Source: Methanomassiliicoccaceae archaeon (GTDB lineage: Archaea > Thermoplasmatota > Thermoplasmata > Methanomassiliicoccales > UBA472). From it: a DNA stretch of 64,000 bases. Below the pieces are notes generated by a model. The model was not told the DNA's origin, did not search any database, and saw only the letters and a list, made by a program, of their open reading frames with translations. The position numbers and the translations under genes were made by a program. This document shows, one piece after another, positions 8,293 to 17,666 of the stretch. The stretch is taken from contig CAWGZX010000005.1 of NCBI GenBank assembly GCA_963827135.1, positions 392,176 to 456,175 of the forward strand. Direction: 5' to 3'. The number at the start of each line of letters is the position of its first letter. Position 1 is the stretch's first letter.

Positions 8293-10548
8293 TCAGGAAT
8301 ATCTTCTTGGAAAGGCCAAGAGCTCGTCGGCCATCACGCATCTCGATTGCGCCAGTCCGGGGTCCGCTGAAAATTCCCCGACCTGATCTGCCTGGTTCGG
8401 TTCTACCAATTGTAAGCTGCCATCCGATGGGTCGTTGTCCGATGGATAATTGGCAACGTCGACCGGGGAGAGGTTGACAACGATGGTCGCGGAGGCGTTG
8501 AAGAAGTGCGAGACGTACAATTTGCCCTCACGGACATCGTACCCCAGGTCCATCACCCTCTTGCCCTTCAGGGGCTGCAGCTCCATGCTCAGGTTCCCAT
8601 GGCTCGAACGCTCGATCACTTCCACAGATAGCACCTGCCGCCCGCCCAGGTCGATGGAGATCGTCACCGGGACCAGCCAATAGCCTGCCGCCTTGGGGTC
8701 CTTACGGCTGACGTCGTACCCCATCTCCAACGAGGAGTTGAGGCGAACCGAAGTGGTATGCCTCGCGTACACATAGGAGGCGGCCTCGCCGTCCGTCGTC
8801 TTCCAGTTCTCGAATCCGAAGTTGTTCTTGGGGTCCACGATCCAGGACACGAGCCTTATGGCCTCCGAGGTCATGGGGTCGTTCCCCTCATGGTTGTAGA
8901 CGCGCAGCAGACCGCCACGCGCAGCGATCTCCTGGACCTCGGCCCAGGGGGCGAAGTTGTCATCGGTCCTGAACTGGCGCTCCGCGTCCATCATGTCCAT
9001 CGGACGGGCAGGCTGCCAGGAGCGATCCGTGGCATCCCACCAGGGCTCGTTGATCAGCCACCAGCTGCCATACAGGGAGAAGTTGCCCGCGACCAGGTCC
9101 CCTTGGTTCGAGCTCGTGCCTTCGATCCTGGTCCCTCGCATGTACTGCGCGAACATGATCTGGTAGGTGGCAGCGTTACCTGGGTTGGCCAGCGAGATAT
9201 AGGTATCCCCATTGCCGACATAGGCGGGGTCGTCCCAGCGGCTGGCGAAGGCGTACTTCGATTCCAGGCGCTTGTGCATCAGCTCCGCCGAGGCCACGGC
9301 CTCGCTCCAGTTCTTACGCTTCCAATCGAGGTAGTCATGAGGATAGTGCATTGCCAGCTCGGACTGCGAGACCAGGATGTCGTTGGAGTTCCCGGCCGTG
9401 GACTCTATGTAGGCTGTGAGAGGGTGGCTGAAGCCCCGATAAACTGCGGCCACGGTGCTGAGCCCGCTGCAGTCGTCGGTCCCTAGAACGCTGGCCCAGT
9501 CCCACCCGTTCCACCATCTAGCCACCTCCGCGCCTGGTGCGGAGGAGGTGGTGGAAACCAGGAGGCGCTCCTTGAAATTGACCGGCCCGCCAGAGACCTC
9601 GACGTCCGTGGGCACGCTCCAGTCCACGATACGTTCGTATGATGCCTGGTAAAGGTCCCCGTCGCGCTGTGCGGCGCGTCCTGAGATGCTGACATTGGCA
9701 TCAATGGTCTTACCCTCGGCATCTAAGAGGGACACCGCCACCGGGTCTCCCTGGTCCACCGTGCACCACACCTGCGGGATGGTGGGATACGAGGACCCGA
9801 ATGGTCGGATGGTGAGGTCGTCGACCATCCAACCGCCGCTCACCGTCTGGAAATTGTACGCGGCCTCTGGCTCGATGTCGGAATTGGCGTAAAGCTCGAT
9901 TGCTGGGGAGGTTACCGTGAGCTTCACCAAGCGGTTCAGGAGGATCCCGGCGGAGGTGTGTCTGACCATGACCCTGACCACCGATGACCTGCTCTCGAAT
10001 GAGACCACGTACCTGTCCGGGCGACCCCCGTCGGATGTATTCCCAGAGGGGTAGGCTGGAAGGATGCCCGCGTCGATGAGCTGACGCGTCGCCCCCTTGA
10101 TGAGGAAGACCCCCTCTTCGTCAGGGTTGCCAACGCACAGTTCCACGCCCAGCCTTGATTCGCCCTCGCCGGAGAGGATGGCCCGCAACCCGATTCGGCC
10201 AGGTTCCACCGAGCCATAGGAGCTACCAGTGCGCGGGGCAAAGGCCTCGAAGGAAATGTTCCAGGTGGCCGAATCGACGTTCGGCTGGTAACGCGCCAGC
10301 ATGCTCCGGTCGCTAGCGCGGAACATGAGCCAAAGGGAGGCGTCGAGCACCACCACGTCCGTGGCCTCATTGCCCCGGAGCATGAGGTCCGGGACCGAGG
10401 AGGTCGTCCCGGTGGGGACGTCGGAGAAGGTGATCCTGCTGCCTGACCATGACCCATCGCTCGATGGCGCCCCTCCATACAACATCGAGGCTGAGAGTAT
10501 CAGCGCCACCGAGAGCAGGATCAGGGCCACCTCCAACGCGGGCCGCAT
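8293..10548 (-). CDS. large membrane-anchored or secreted protein of unknown function (751 aa)
   Basis: N-terminal hydrophobic anchor or signal ALEVALILLSVALILSASML. Trp-rich, with about nine N-x-S/T sequons. Possibly carbohydrate-active, but I recognise no family confidently. Confidence 0.6.
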   Translation of the reverse strand: MRPALEVALILLSVALILSASMLYGGAPSSDGSWSGSRITFSDVPTGTTSSVPDLMLRGNEATDVVVLDASLWLMFRASDRSMLARYQPNVDSATWNISFEAFAPRTGSSYGSVEPGRIGLRAILSGEGESRLGVELCVGNPDEEGVFLIKGATRQLIDAGILPAYPSGNTSDGGRPDRYVVSFESRSSVVRVMVRHTSAGILLNRLVKLTVTSPAIELYANSDIEPEAAYNFQTVSGGWMVDDLTIRPFGSSYPTIPQVWCTVDQGDPVAVSLLDAEGKTIDANVSISGRAAQRDGDLYQASYERIVDWSVPTDVEVSGGPVNFKERLLVSTTSSAPGAEVARWWNGWDWASVLGTDDCSGLSTVAAVYRGFSHPLTAYIESTAGNSNDILVSQSELAMHYPHDYLDWKRKNWSEAVASAELMHKRLESKYAFASRWDDPAYVGNGDTYISLANPGNAATYQIMFAQYMRGTRIEGTSSNQGDLVAGNFSLYGSWWLINEPWWDATDRSWQPARPMDMMDAERQFRTDDNFAPWAEVQEIAARGGLLRVYNHEGNDPMTSEAIRLVSWIVDPKNNFGFENWKTTDGEAASYVYARHTTSVRLNSSLEMGYDVSRKDPKAAGYWLVPVTISIDLGGRQVLSVEVIERSSHGNLSMELQPLKGKRVMDLGYDVREGKLYVSHFFNASATIVVNLSPVDVANYPSDNDPSDGSLQLVEPNQADQVGEFSADPGLAQSRCVMADELLAFPRRYS

Positions 10549-10652
10549 TGCCAGCCAATACCCTGATAAAAGTATAATAGCCTAGGTCCGGAAGCCACCG
10601 GGGCGCCGATGGAATTGGCGCGATGAATGAGCACGGGTGGCGTTGGCTTAGG

Positions 10653-10660
10653 TTTATAAA
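10653..10660 (+). promoter_or_regulatory. TATA box for aIF5A
   Basis: TTTATAAA lies 30-37 nt upstream of ATG 10690, implying a leaderless or short-leader mRNA. Confidence 0.45.
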
Positions 10661-10689
10661 CCCCGGCAGATTTCCCTGAGTAGATACAT

Positions 10690-11073
10690 ATGTGGTCCCA
10701 AGCTGAAGTCAGGGAGCTCAAAGAAGGCCGATTCGTCGTCATCGACGAGGAGCCCTGCAAGATCCTGTCCATCACCACCTCCAAGCCCGGGAAGCATGGT
10801 GAGGCAAAGGCGCGCATCGACGCGGTTGGACTGTTCGATGAGAAGAAGCGCTCAATCGTCCACCCTGTCACTCATAAGGTCCAAGTCCCAATGATCGACA
10901 AGAGGAAGGCCCAGATCCTTGCCCTAGCAGGAGCTGAGGTCCAGCTCATGGACCTGGAGAACTTCGAGAACTTCTCCTTGTCCATCACCGACGAGTTCAA
11001 GGGACAGCTCCACCCTGGCGAGGAAGTGCTCTACATGATCGCCATGGGGCGGCGCAAGATAATGAAGATCTGA
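10690..11073 (+). CDS. eif5a: translation initiation factor 5A
   Basis: 127 aa with the hypusine-site motif TSKPGKHGEAKARI and a C-terminal OB-fold. Confidence 0.9.
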   Translation: MWSQAEVRELKEGRFVVIDEEPCKILSITTSKPGKHGEAKARIDAVGLFDEKKRSIVHPVTHKVQVPMIDKRKAQILALAGAEVQLMDLENFENFSLSITDEFKGQLHPGEEVLYMIAMGRRKIMKI

Positions 11074-11166
11074 GCGGATTCCAGGCTTGGGGCACTAACC
11101 CCCTTCATTCATTTTTCTCCACATTCTATTGAGGTCGGATGGCAGCGAAATGGGACCGGTGAGAGG

Positions 11167-11754
11167 ATGGAGCTGACGGCGTTCTTCGCGGCCTTCACCA
11201 TCATCCTCCTCGCCGAGCTGGGCGACAAGTCGATGATCGCGGTCATCACCCTGTCCTCCAAGCACTCCAAGCGATTGGTCTTCACCGCCACCATCCTCGC
11301 TCTGACCTTGGTGTCCGCCGTCGGGGTGGTCGTGGGCCAGGTGATCTTCGACTATGTTCCCGAGAACATCATCACCATCGGTGCTGGCCTGCTCTTCCTG
11401 GCCTTCGGTGTCCTGACCATCGCCCTGCCGGAGAAGAGGAGCGAGCTCAAGGAGAGGAAGGAGGTGAGGTGGGGGGCCTTCTGGAGCACCTTCGCCTTGA
11501 TGGCCATGATGGAGCTCGGGGACAAGACGCAGCTTTCCATAATCGCCCTCTCGGCGGAGTACGGGGAGCCCTGGCTCATCCTCATCGGGTCGGTCCTGGC
11601 CTTCGCGGTGGTGACTTTGGCAGGCGTGCTATTGGGCGCGGAGATCGGCAAGCGCGTGCCTGAGCGCTACATAAAACTAGGGAGCGCGGCCATCTTCATC
11701 ATCTTCGGCCTGATATTCCTGATGCAAGGATTGTTCGGCCTCGAGCTTCTCTGA
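11167..11754 (+). CDS. UPF0016/GDT1 (TMEM165) family cation transporter
   Basis: Two E-x-G-D-K-[ST] motifs (AELGDKSM, MELGDKTQ) in a duplicated 3-TM architecture. Confidence 0.8.
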   Translation: MELTAFFAAFTIILLAELGDKSMIAVITLSSKHSKRLVFTATILALTLVSAVGVVVGQVIFDYVPENIITIGAGLLFLAFGVLTIALPEKRSELKERKEVRWGAFWSTFALMAMMELGDKTQLSIIALSAEYGEPWLILIGSVLAFAVVTLAGVLLGAEIGKRVPERYIKLGSAAIFIIFGLIFLMQGLFGLELL

Positions 11755-13110
11755 TCATCCATCCAGGATCTCTTTTACCACTCGCTCGCAGCGGTCGGCG
11801 ATCCTCTTCGCCGTGGCCTTGTCCTTGCCCTCGGAGTAGACGCGGAATATCGGCTCGGTCCCGGAGGGGCGGATGAGCGTCCAGCCGCCTTCGAAGAAGA
11901 CCTTGACCCCGTCCGTGGTGTCGACCTTGTTCGAGGAGAAGGCCTCGCATACCTGCCTCAGGACCTGCTCCTTGCGCTCGTCCGGGCAGCGCAGCTTGCG
12001 CTTGTCCAGCTGATAGGATGGCACCTTCTTGAGCAACGAGGAGAGCGATCCTTCGATGGAGACGACCTCCAGCATCTTGGCCGTGCTCATGGCCGCGTCC
12101 CGGCAGTACTGGTGCCGGGGGAAGATCAGTCCCCCGTTCTCCTCGCCCCCGAAGACCGCTCCCACCTCCATCATCCTCCTCGCCACGATGGGGGCCCCGA
12201 CGCGCGTATAAATGACCTCTCCGCCCGCGGCCTTCACCGCATCCTCGACGCATTGCGAGGTGGAGACAGGGGTGACCACGATGCCGCCCCCGTTCTCGGC
12301 CACCATGGCCGCGGACACGAGGGCCAGGCTCCTGTCGCCATAGACGTAGCGGCCCTTGTCGTCGATGAAGATCGCCCGGTCGGCATCCCCGTCCTGTGCT
12401 ATGCCCAGGTCCGCACCCGACTCCTTGACCAGGGAGATGAGGTCGCCGAGATTCTCCTCCACTGGCTCCGAGGGATGGCCGGGGAAGGTCCCCTCGGGAT
12501 TGCAGTTCAGCGTCGAAGCGCTCGCCCCCATTCTCTGCAGCAACGTCGGAGTGCACAGGGACCCGGCCCCGTTCGCGCAGTCCAGGACGACGCGTAGCTT
12601 CGCCCTCCTGATGGCATCGACGTCCACCTGGCTGAGGACGGCCTTCTGATAGTAATCCATGGCGCCGGACGTGGGCAGTATAGCCCCTATCCCCCTCCAG
12701 TCCCTCTGGGCGAAGTCCTTGGAGAAGTAGATCCGCTCGATACCCTCCTCTCGGGAGCGGTGCATCTCCGTGCCGTCCGCGTCCACGGCCTTGATGCCGT
12801 TGAACTCTGGCGGGTTGTGTGAGGCGGTGATCATCACCCCGCCCGAGATCTCGCTGATCTTGACGAAGTACTGCAAAGCCGGGGTAGGAAGCGCGCCCAG
12901 GTCCAGGACATCGCAGCCCACTGAGGTCAGTCCCGCGGCCACGGCCGAGCGGATCATGTCCGCGCTGGTGCGGCAGTCGGTGGCCAACGCCACCTTGCCC
13001 TTCATGAACGTGCCTATCGCCCGGCCGACATCCAACGCCAGCTGAGGGCTCATGAACTCGTTCACCACGCCGCGCACGCCGTTGGTGCCGAAGAGCCGTT
13101 GCGACATCAT
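11755..13110 (-). CDS. glmM: phosphoglucosamine mutase / phosphohexomutase family
   Basis: LFGTNGVRG N-terminus and active-site ITASHNPPEFNGIK. Start at the tandem ATGs 13110/13107, directly after the DUF47 stop. GlmM versus PMM/PGM specificity is not resolvable by eye. Confidence 0.7.
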   Translation of the reverse strand: MMSQRLFGTNGVRGVVNEFMSPQLALDVGRAIGTFMKGKVALATDCRTSADMIRSAVAAGLTSVGCDVLDLGALPTPALQYFVKISEISGGVMITASHNPPEFNGIKAVDADGTEMHRSREEGIERIYFSKDFAQRDWRGIGAILPTSGAMDYYQKAVLSQVDVDAIRRAKLRVVLDCANGAGSLCTPTLLQRMGASASTLNCNPEGTFPGHPSEPVEENLGDLISLVKESGADLGIAQDGDADRAIFIDDKGRYVYGDRSLALVSAAMVAENGGGIVVTPVSTSQCVEDAVKAAGGEVIYTRVGAPIVARRMMEVGAVFGGEENGGLIFPRHQYCRDAAMSTAKMLEVVSIEGSLSSLLKKVPSYQLDKRKLRCPDERKEQVLRQVCEAFSSNKVDTTDGVKVFFEGGWTLIRPSGTEPIFRVYSEGKDKATAKRIADRCERVVKEILDG

Positions 13111-13111
13111 C

Positions 13112-13798
13112 CTACCTGGCCTTATGCCTCTGGGAGACGAGCAGGAGGTGTATGATCTCCGCCGCATCGTTGCACTTGTCCGATGCGTTCTCCAGGCAGT
13201 GCAGGATGTCCCTCATAAGATAAATGGCCTTGGGGTCGATGTCGGAGAAGAATATCTCCTTCTTGGTGCTGTAGTGCAGATCGTCCAGTATGTGCTCCTG
13301 CACCTTCACGGCCTTCTCGTACTTCATCACCGCCTCCTCGTCCACGCCCAGGCTGTCGATGCAGCTCTTGAGCAACTTGGCCTCCTTGTCCAGCTCCTGG
13401 GTCATGGTGCAGTACTTGTTCCACAGGGTCACGGGGACGTTGACGCTGGCCTCGATGACCAGCTGTATGTTCATCCCCGCCTCCTTGGCCCAATCGGCCG
13501 CGAAGTCCATGCGGCGGATGAGGTGCATCATGTCCTCCCTCTCCTTGGAGGCGAGGTCGCCCTTGGAAAGCTCCTCGGTGATGCGGTCCTCCAGGTTGTC
13601 CGCCTCCTTCTCCGACAGCGCCGAGCGCCTGATGGCGTCCAGCGCGGCGTTCTTATCCGACTTGCACAGCGCAAGCACGGCCCGGTTCAGTTCCGTGATG
13701 GTGTCCGCCACCTTCTGCGCATGGTCGCGCAACAGGCTCATGACCACCGATTCCCTTCTCTTGCCGAACCAATCCAGCAAGGTCTCCTTCTCACTCAA
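13112..13798 (-). CDS. DUF47 / PhoU-like (phosphate-transport-regulator-related) protein
   Basis: 228-aa all-helical protein with the typical DUF47 layout. Its start overlaps the upstream ATPase gene by 8 nt. Confidence 0.65.
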   Translation of the reverse strand: MSEKETLLDWFGKRRESVVMSLLRDHAQKVADTITELNRAVLALCKSDKNAALDAIRRSALSEKEADNLEDRITEELSKGDLASKEREDMMHLIRRMDFAADWAKEAGMNIQLVIEASVNVPVTLWNKYCTMTQELDKEAKLLKSCIDSLGVDEEAVMKYEKAVKVQEHILDDLHYSTKKEIFFSDIDPKAIYLMRDILHCLENASDKCNDAAEIIHLLLVSQRHKAR

Positions 13799-14876
13799 GT
13801 TTCACCGCCTCCGTAAGTCCTTCTACCGGCCGGGGATACACCACGGCCGCCTTCCTGTTGAACATCAGATAAACCTCCTGTCCAGGATGGTACAGCTTGC
13901 CCTCGATCGAGGGAATATCGAAATCCACCATGTCGTTCGACTGCGACCTGGCGCTCACCCTCCAGTAGGTGCCCATGTACGTCAGGTACTCGATGCGGGA
14001 CAGCAGCCCGTCGGTGAAGGAGAAGACGAACTCCGGCCTCACCGAGACCACGACCGCCTCGCCTACCAGGGGGTCGCACCTCTCGACCACGATGACCGAG
14101 TTGTCGCGCAGCTCTATCATGCTCTCGCCCTCGTGCCTCTCCTTGACCCAGCCCTCGAGCAGGTTCGTCTCCCCGACGAAGTTCGCGGTGAAAACGTCCC
14201 TGGGCCTGGTGTAGAGCTGCTCCGGGGTCCCGGACTCCACGATGCCCCCCGCCCTCATCACCACGATGCGATCGGACACGGACATGGCCTCCTCCTGGTC
14301 GTGGGTGACATGGACCACGGTCAGGCCGAGGCTCTTGGCTATCCTCCTCAGCTCGTAGCGCAGGTCCACGCGCACGCGGGCGTCGAGGGCGGACAGCGGC
14401 TCGTCGAGCAGGAGGAGCTTCGCACCGGTGGCCAGCGCCCTAGCCAGCGAGGCCTTCTGCTGCTCCCCGCCGCACAGCTCCGAAGGGAACATGCCCATCT
14501 TGTCCAGGAGCTTGACCATCTCCAGGTACTTCCTGGCGATCTTCTCCCGCTCCTCGATGGGGCGGCCCTTGACCGTCGGGCCGTAGGCCGCGTTCATCTT
14601 GACCGTCATGTGCGGGAACAGCGCGATGTTCTGGAAAACATAGCCGAGGTCCCTATCCTCGATGGGGACCTCCTTCATGCTCTTTCCCCCGATGTAGACC
14701 TCCCCTTGGGTGGGTTCCAGGATGCCCGCTATCACCCTGATCAAGGTGGTCTTGCCGCAGCCGGACGGGCCGAGGATCGTGACGTACTCGCCATCAGCGA
14801 TGGTGAGGTCGACCTCGTCCACTGCCAGGACCTTGCCGAAGCGCATGGTTATCCTCTGCAATGATATCTCAGGCAT
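13791..14876 (-). CDS. ABC transporter ATP-binding protein (CysA/PotA/FbpC type, C-terminal TOBE-like domain)
   Basis: Walker A GPSGCGKTT, signature LCGGEQQK and Walker B LLLLDEP. Confidence 0.85.
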   Translation of the reverse strand: MPEISLQRITMRFGKVLAVDEVDLTIADGEYVTILGPSGCGKTTLIRVIAGILEPTQGEVYIGGKSMKEVPIEDRDLGYVFQNIALFPHMTVKMNAAYGPTVKGRPIEEREKIARKYLEMVKLLDKMGMFPSELCGGEQQKASLARALATGAKLLLLDEPLSALDARVRVDLRYELRRIAKSLGLTVVHVTHDQEEAMSVSDRIVVMRAGGIVESGTPEQLYTRPRDVFTANFVGETNLLEGWVKERHEGESMIELRDNSVIVVERCDPLVGEAVVVSVRPEFVFSFTDGLLSRIEYLTYMGTYWRVSARSQSNDMVDFDIPSIEGKLYHPGQEVYLMFNRKAAVVYPRPVEGLTEAVKLE

Positions 14877-15968
14877 TCACTCCACCCTCAGCTCCTTCTC
14901 CAGCCCTTCTGGGGGCATTCCGAACACGGCCGCCTTGTCCGCACTCCAATTGATCTTCACCTTGTCCCCGACCGCTAGCCTACCAAGCCGCCAGGATGGG
15001 ATCTTCGATGAGAACCTGCCAAGGCCGGGCACATCAACATCCAGATAGATGTTCCGACCCTCGAAGAGGATGCGCTCAACCGTTCCCTCGAAGTAGCCCT
15101 CGCCCTCCTTGTGCACCTCGGTGTTGCCGACCTTTACGCCCACCACCACCTTCTCCCCGAGCCTCTTCTCGCAAGGTCTAGCCATGACCATTGCCCCGGA
15201 GTCGCCGAGGATGGTGGTGGATTCCGCCTTCTCCTTCACAGTCCCGACGAAGAAGTTAGACTGGCCCACGAAGTTGGCCACGAACGGGGTAGATGGATTG
15301 TCGAACACGTCCCCTGGCGTCCCGACCTGCACCACCTTCCCCTCTCTGATGACCGCGATGCGGTCAGCCATGACCAGCGCCTCGTCCTGATCGTGCGTGA
15401 CATGGATGGTGGTGATGCCCATGGACTTGGCCAGGGAGCGGAGCTCGTGCCGCAGGCTGATGCGCAGCCTGGCGTCCAGGGCTCGGAGCGGCTCGTCCAG
15501 CAGGAGCACGCTCGCCCCTGAGGCCAGGGCCCTCGCCAGCGCCGTCCTCTGCATCATCCCTCCGCTGAGCTCGCTGGGATATGCGTCAGGGCGATGCGTT
15601 AGCCTGACCAGGTCCAGCATGTCCGCCAAGGTGCGCTCCTTGACCCCTTCCTCATACTGGCGGATGTCCGGCCCGAATAGGATGTTCTCCGCCACGGTCA
15701 GCTGGGGGAAGAGGGCGTAGGTCTGGGATAGCATCACCGCGCGGCGGTCCTCTGGCTCCACCTTGTCCATGGGCTTGCCATCGAAGAGAATGCTGCCTTG
15801 GTCCGGCTTGGTCAGTCCGGATATGATCCTTAGGAGCGTGGTCTTACCCGCCCCGGTCGGTCCTAGAAGGCAGAGATACTCCCCATTGTGGACCTCCAGG
15901 TTCACACCGTCAGCGGCCTTGATGTCGCCGTAGTGCTTAACGATGCCTTGCAGCTCTATATGGGGCAT
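14877..15968 (-). CDS. ABC transporter ATP-binding protein (second, divergent paralogue)
   Basis: Walker A GPTGAGKTT, signature LSGGMMQR and Walker B VLLLDEP. Directly abuts both neighbouring genes. Confidence 0.85.
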   Translation of the reverse strand: MPHIELQGIVKHYGDIKAADGVNLEVHNGEYLCLLGPTGAGKTTLLRIISGLTKPDQGSILFDGKPMDKVEPEDRRAVMLSQTYALFPQLTVAENILFGPDIRQYEEGVKERTLADMLDLVRLTHRPDAYPSELSGGMMQRTALARALASGASVLLLDEPLRALDARLRISLRHELRSLAKSMGITTIHVTHDQDEALVMADRIAVIREGKVVQVGTPGDVFDNPSTPFVANFVGQSNFFVGTVKEKAESTTILGDSGAMVMARPCEKRLGEKVVVGVKVGNTEVHKEGEGYFEGTVERILFEGRNIYLDVDVPGLGRFSSKIPSWRLGRLAVGDKVKINWSADKAAVFGMPPEGLEKELRVE

Positions 15969-17612
15969 CTAGATCGCCCCCTTTCTTCTTCTAGTCAAGT
16001 AGCGAAGGGCGAGCATCAGACCGAAGGAGATGATGATGAGGATTATGCAGGCCAGGGCGGCCGTGTAATAGTCGTTGTCAAGCTTGATCAGGTTCACGAT
16101 GTAGTTCGGCGCCGTCAAGACGGTGGTGGACACAGCTCGGGTCGCACCCGTCTCGCCCAGACTGCGGGTGAAGGCCATTATTGCCCCTGCCAATATCGAA
16201 GCCTTGATCATGGGGAAGAGCACCCGCTTGAACCCTTGTACGGGCTTCGCCCCCAACGTCCTTGCGGTCTCCTCGTAGGTAGGGTCGATCTCCTCCACCG
16301 CGCCAGTGACGTTCCGCACCATCAATGGATAGGTGAAGGCGATGTGGGCCAGCATCACCAGGAAGATAGCGAATGGCCCGGTCACCGGCGTCCCTCCGGT
16401 CCAGAACAACTTTAGGGAGAAACCTAAGGCCACGGTAGGGACGATCAGCGGGACATTGACCAGGATGTCCAGCGTCTCTGGCAACCACTTGGACCTGTTC
16501 TTAGCGATGTACAATGCCAATGGTATCCCGAAGGCTAGATCGATCAGGGTGACGACGCCAGCGATGAGGAAGGAGTTGACCAGCGCCTCTCCGAACTCGG
16601 CCCAGTTAGTTGAAGTGGAGGGCTCGGAGGTGAAGACGAAGGTGAAGACGAAGAACGACGGAATGAGGACTATGAATACAAGGAAGAGGACGGAGGTGGC
16701 ATCCTTGAAGCGCGGCGCGAGCCCTCGGGAAAGTATCTTCTCGGGCCTCGGCCAGACCTTCCGGAAGGGGATATGGACCTTCTTCACGATGATGGCTACG
16801 ATCACGAGTAAGACCAGGGCTAGGATGATGAGCACGATGCTGGTGAAGGCCAAGGCTGGCGTGTTTTGCAGAGAGTCGATCAGCGTCGGTGCCGTGTTGA
16901 AGTTGGTGTTCCCAATGGTGGCTAGCGCCGCCACGGTGCCCCCGGTCTCGCTAAGGCTTCTGGCGAAACAGAGGATGATACCCGTAACTAGGCCTGCCCT
17001 GAAGAGGGGCAGAGTAATGGTTCGGACGGCGGTCAGCTTGCTCGCCCCCAGCGTCTGCCCCGCGGTCTCGAAGGTCTGGTCGATCTGCTCTAGGATGGCC
17101 GCCAGGGAGCGCACCATGTAGGGATAGGAGAAGACGATATGGAGCAGGATGATGAGGATGAATGGAGAGCTGACTATCTTGAGGCCTAGAGGGTTGGTGA
17201 GGTCCTCTGGGGTTATGCCCCAAAAAATCGCAGCAGAGAAACCAAGGGCGGCCGTGGGTACCGCCAAAGGCATATCGATCAAGGTGTCGAGGAGCTGCTT
17301 GCCCCGGAACTTCTTCCTTACCAGTATCCAAGCCATGGGCAGCCCGACGAGGATGTCGATCAAGGTCACGATGGCCGCGATCTCGAATGAATTGGCGATG
17401 GCTGTCCAGATCTGCGACATCACCTCGGAGTTCTGTAGCACCTCGGTCTGGATCAGGTCCCAGTTGGTGAAGGCGTAAGTGAGGACGAAAAGGGTCGGGA
17501 CGATGACGAAGCTAAGGAAGAAGATGATGACCGCGAACGTCCAGAGGTTTCGGACGACGGGTTTGCTCACAAAATCCGTCGCTCTCTCCAGTCGGCTCAT
17601 CAGCAACCCCAT
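15969..17612 (-). CDS. fused two-domain ABC importer permease (FbpB/ThiP-like, ~12 TM)
   Basis: 547 aa with two EAA-loop regions (ETAGQTLGASKL..., EETARTLGAKPV...). Confidence 0.8.
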   Translation of the reverse strand: MGLLMSRLERATDFVSKPVVRNLWTFAVIIFFLSFVIVPTLFVLTYAFTNWDLIQTEVLQNSEVMSQIWTAIANSFEIAAIVTLIDILVGLPMAWILVRKKFRGKQLLDTLIDMPLAVPTAALGFSAAIFWGITPEDLTNPLGLKIVSSPFILIILLHIVFSYPYMVRSLAAILEQIDQTFETAGQTLGASKLTAVRTITLPLFRAGLVTGIILCFARSLSETGGTVAALATIGNTNFNTAPTLIDSLQNTPALAFTSIVLIILALVLLVIVAIIVKKVHIPFRKVWPRPEKILSRGLAPRFKDATSVLFLVFIVLIPSFFVFTFVFTSEPSTSTNWAEFGEALVNSFLIAGVVTLIDLAFGIPLALYIAKNRSKWLPETLDILVNVPLIVPTVALGFSLKLFWTGGTPVTGPFAIFLVMLAHIAFTYPLMVRNVTGAVEEIDPTYEETARTLGAKPVQGFKRVLFPMIKASILAGAIMAFTRSLGETGATRAVSTTVLTAPNYIVNLIKLDNDYYTAALACIILIIISFGLMLALRYLTRRRKGAI

Positions 17613-17641
17613 GCGCCTACAGTCTGCGGAATTGTTCTGGC

Positions 17642-17650
17642 AATAAATAA
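17642..17650 (-). promoter_or_regulatory. TATA-like box for the ABC operon
   Basis: The minus strand reads TTATTTATT, 30-38 nt upstream of ATG 17612. Confidence 0.35.
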
Positions 17651-17666
17651 CTATTCAGTATTGATT

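Noticed and set aside
8293-10548. Calling the 751-aa protein an S-layer protein or a polysaccharide deacetylase
   Set aside because: It shows only vague motif resemblance (GTDDC, HxxxH-like), and I cannot support either family from sequence alone. I kept it as unknown.
13111-13167. Longer N-termini for the GlmM-like gene (to 13167) and the acetyltransferase (44164-44265)
   Set aside because: The extensions are basic and low-complexity, precede the conserved family N-termini, and (for the GlmM-like gene) overlap the preceding DUF47 coding region. The internal ATGs fit better.
13290-14864. 524-aa ORF on the plus strand, antisense to the DUF47 and ABC ATPase genes
   Set aside because: The sequence is low-complexity and Arg/Leu/His/Pro-rich with no motifs. 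The opposite strand carries clear Walker A, signature and Walker B motifs. This is a typical stop-poor shadow frame in GC-rich DNA.
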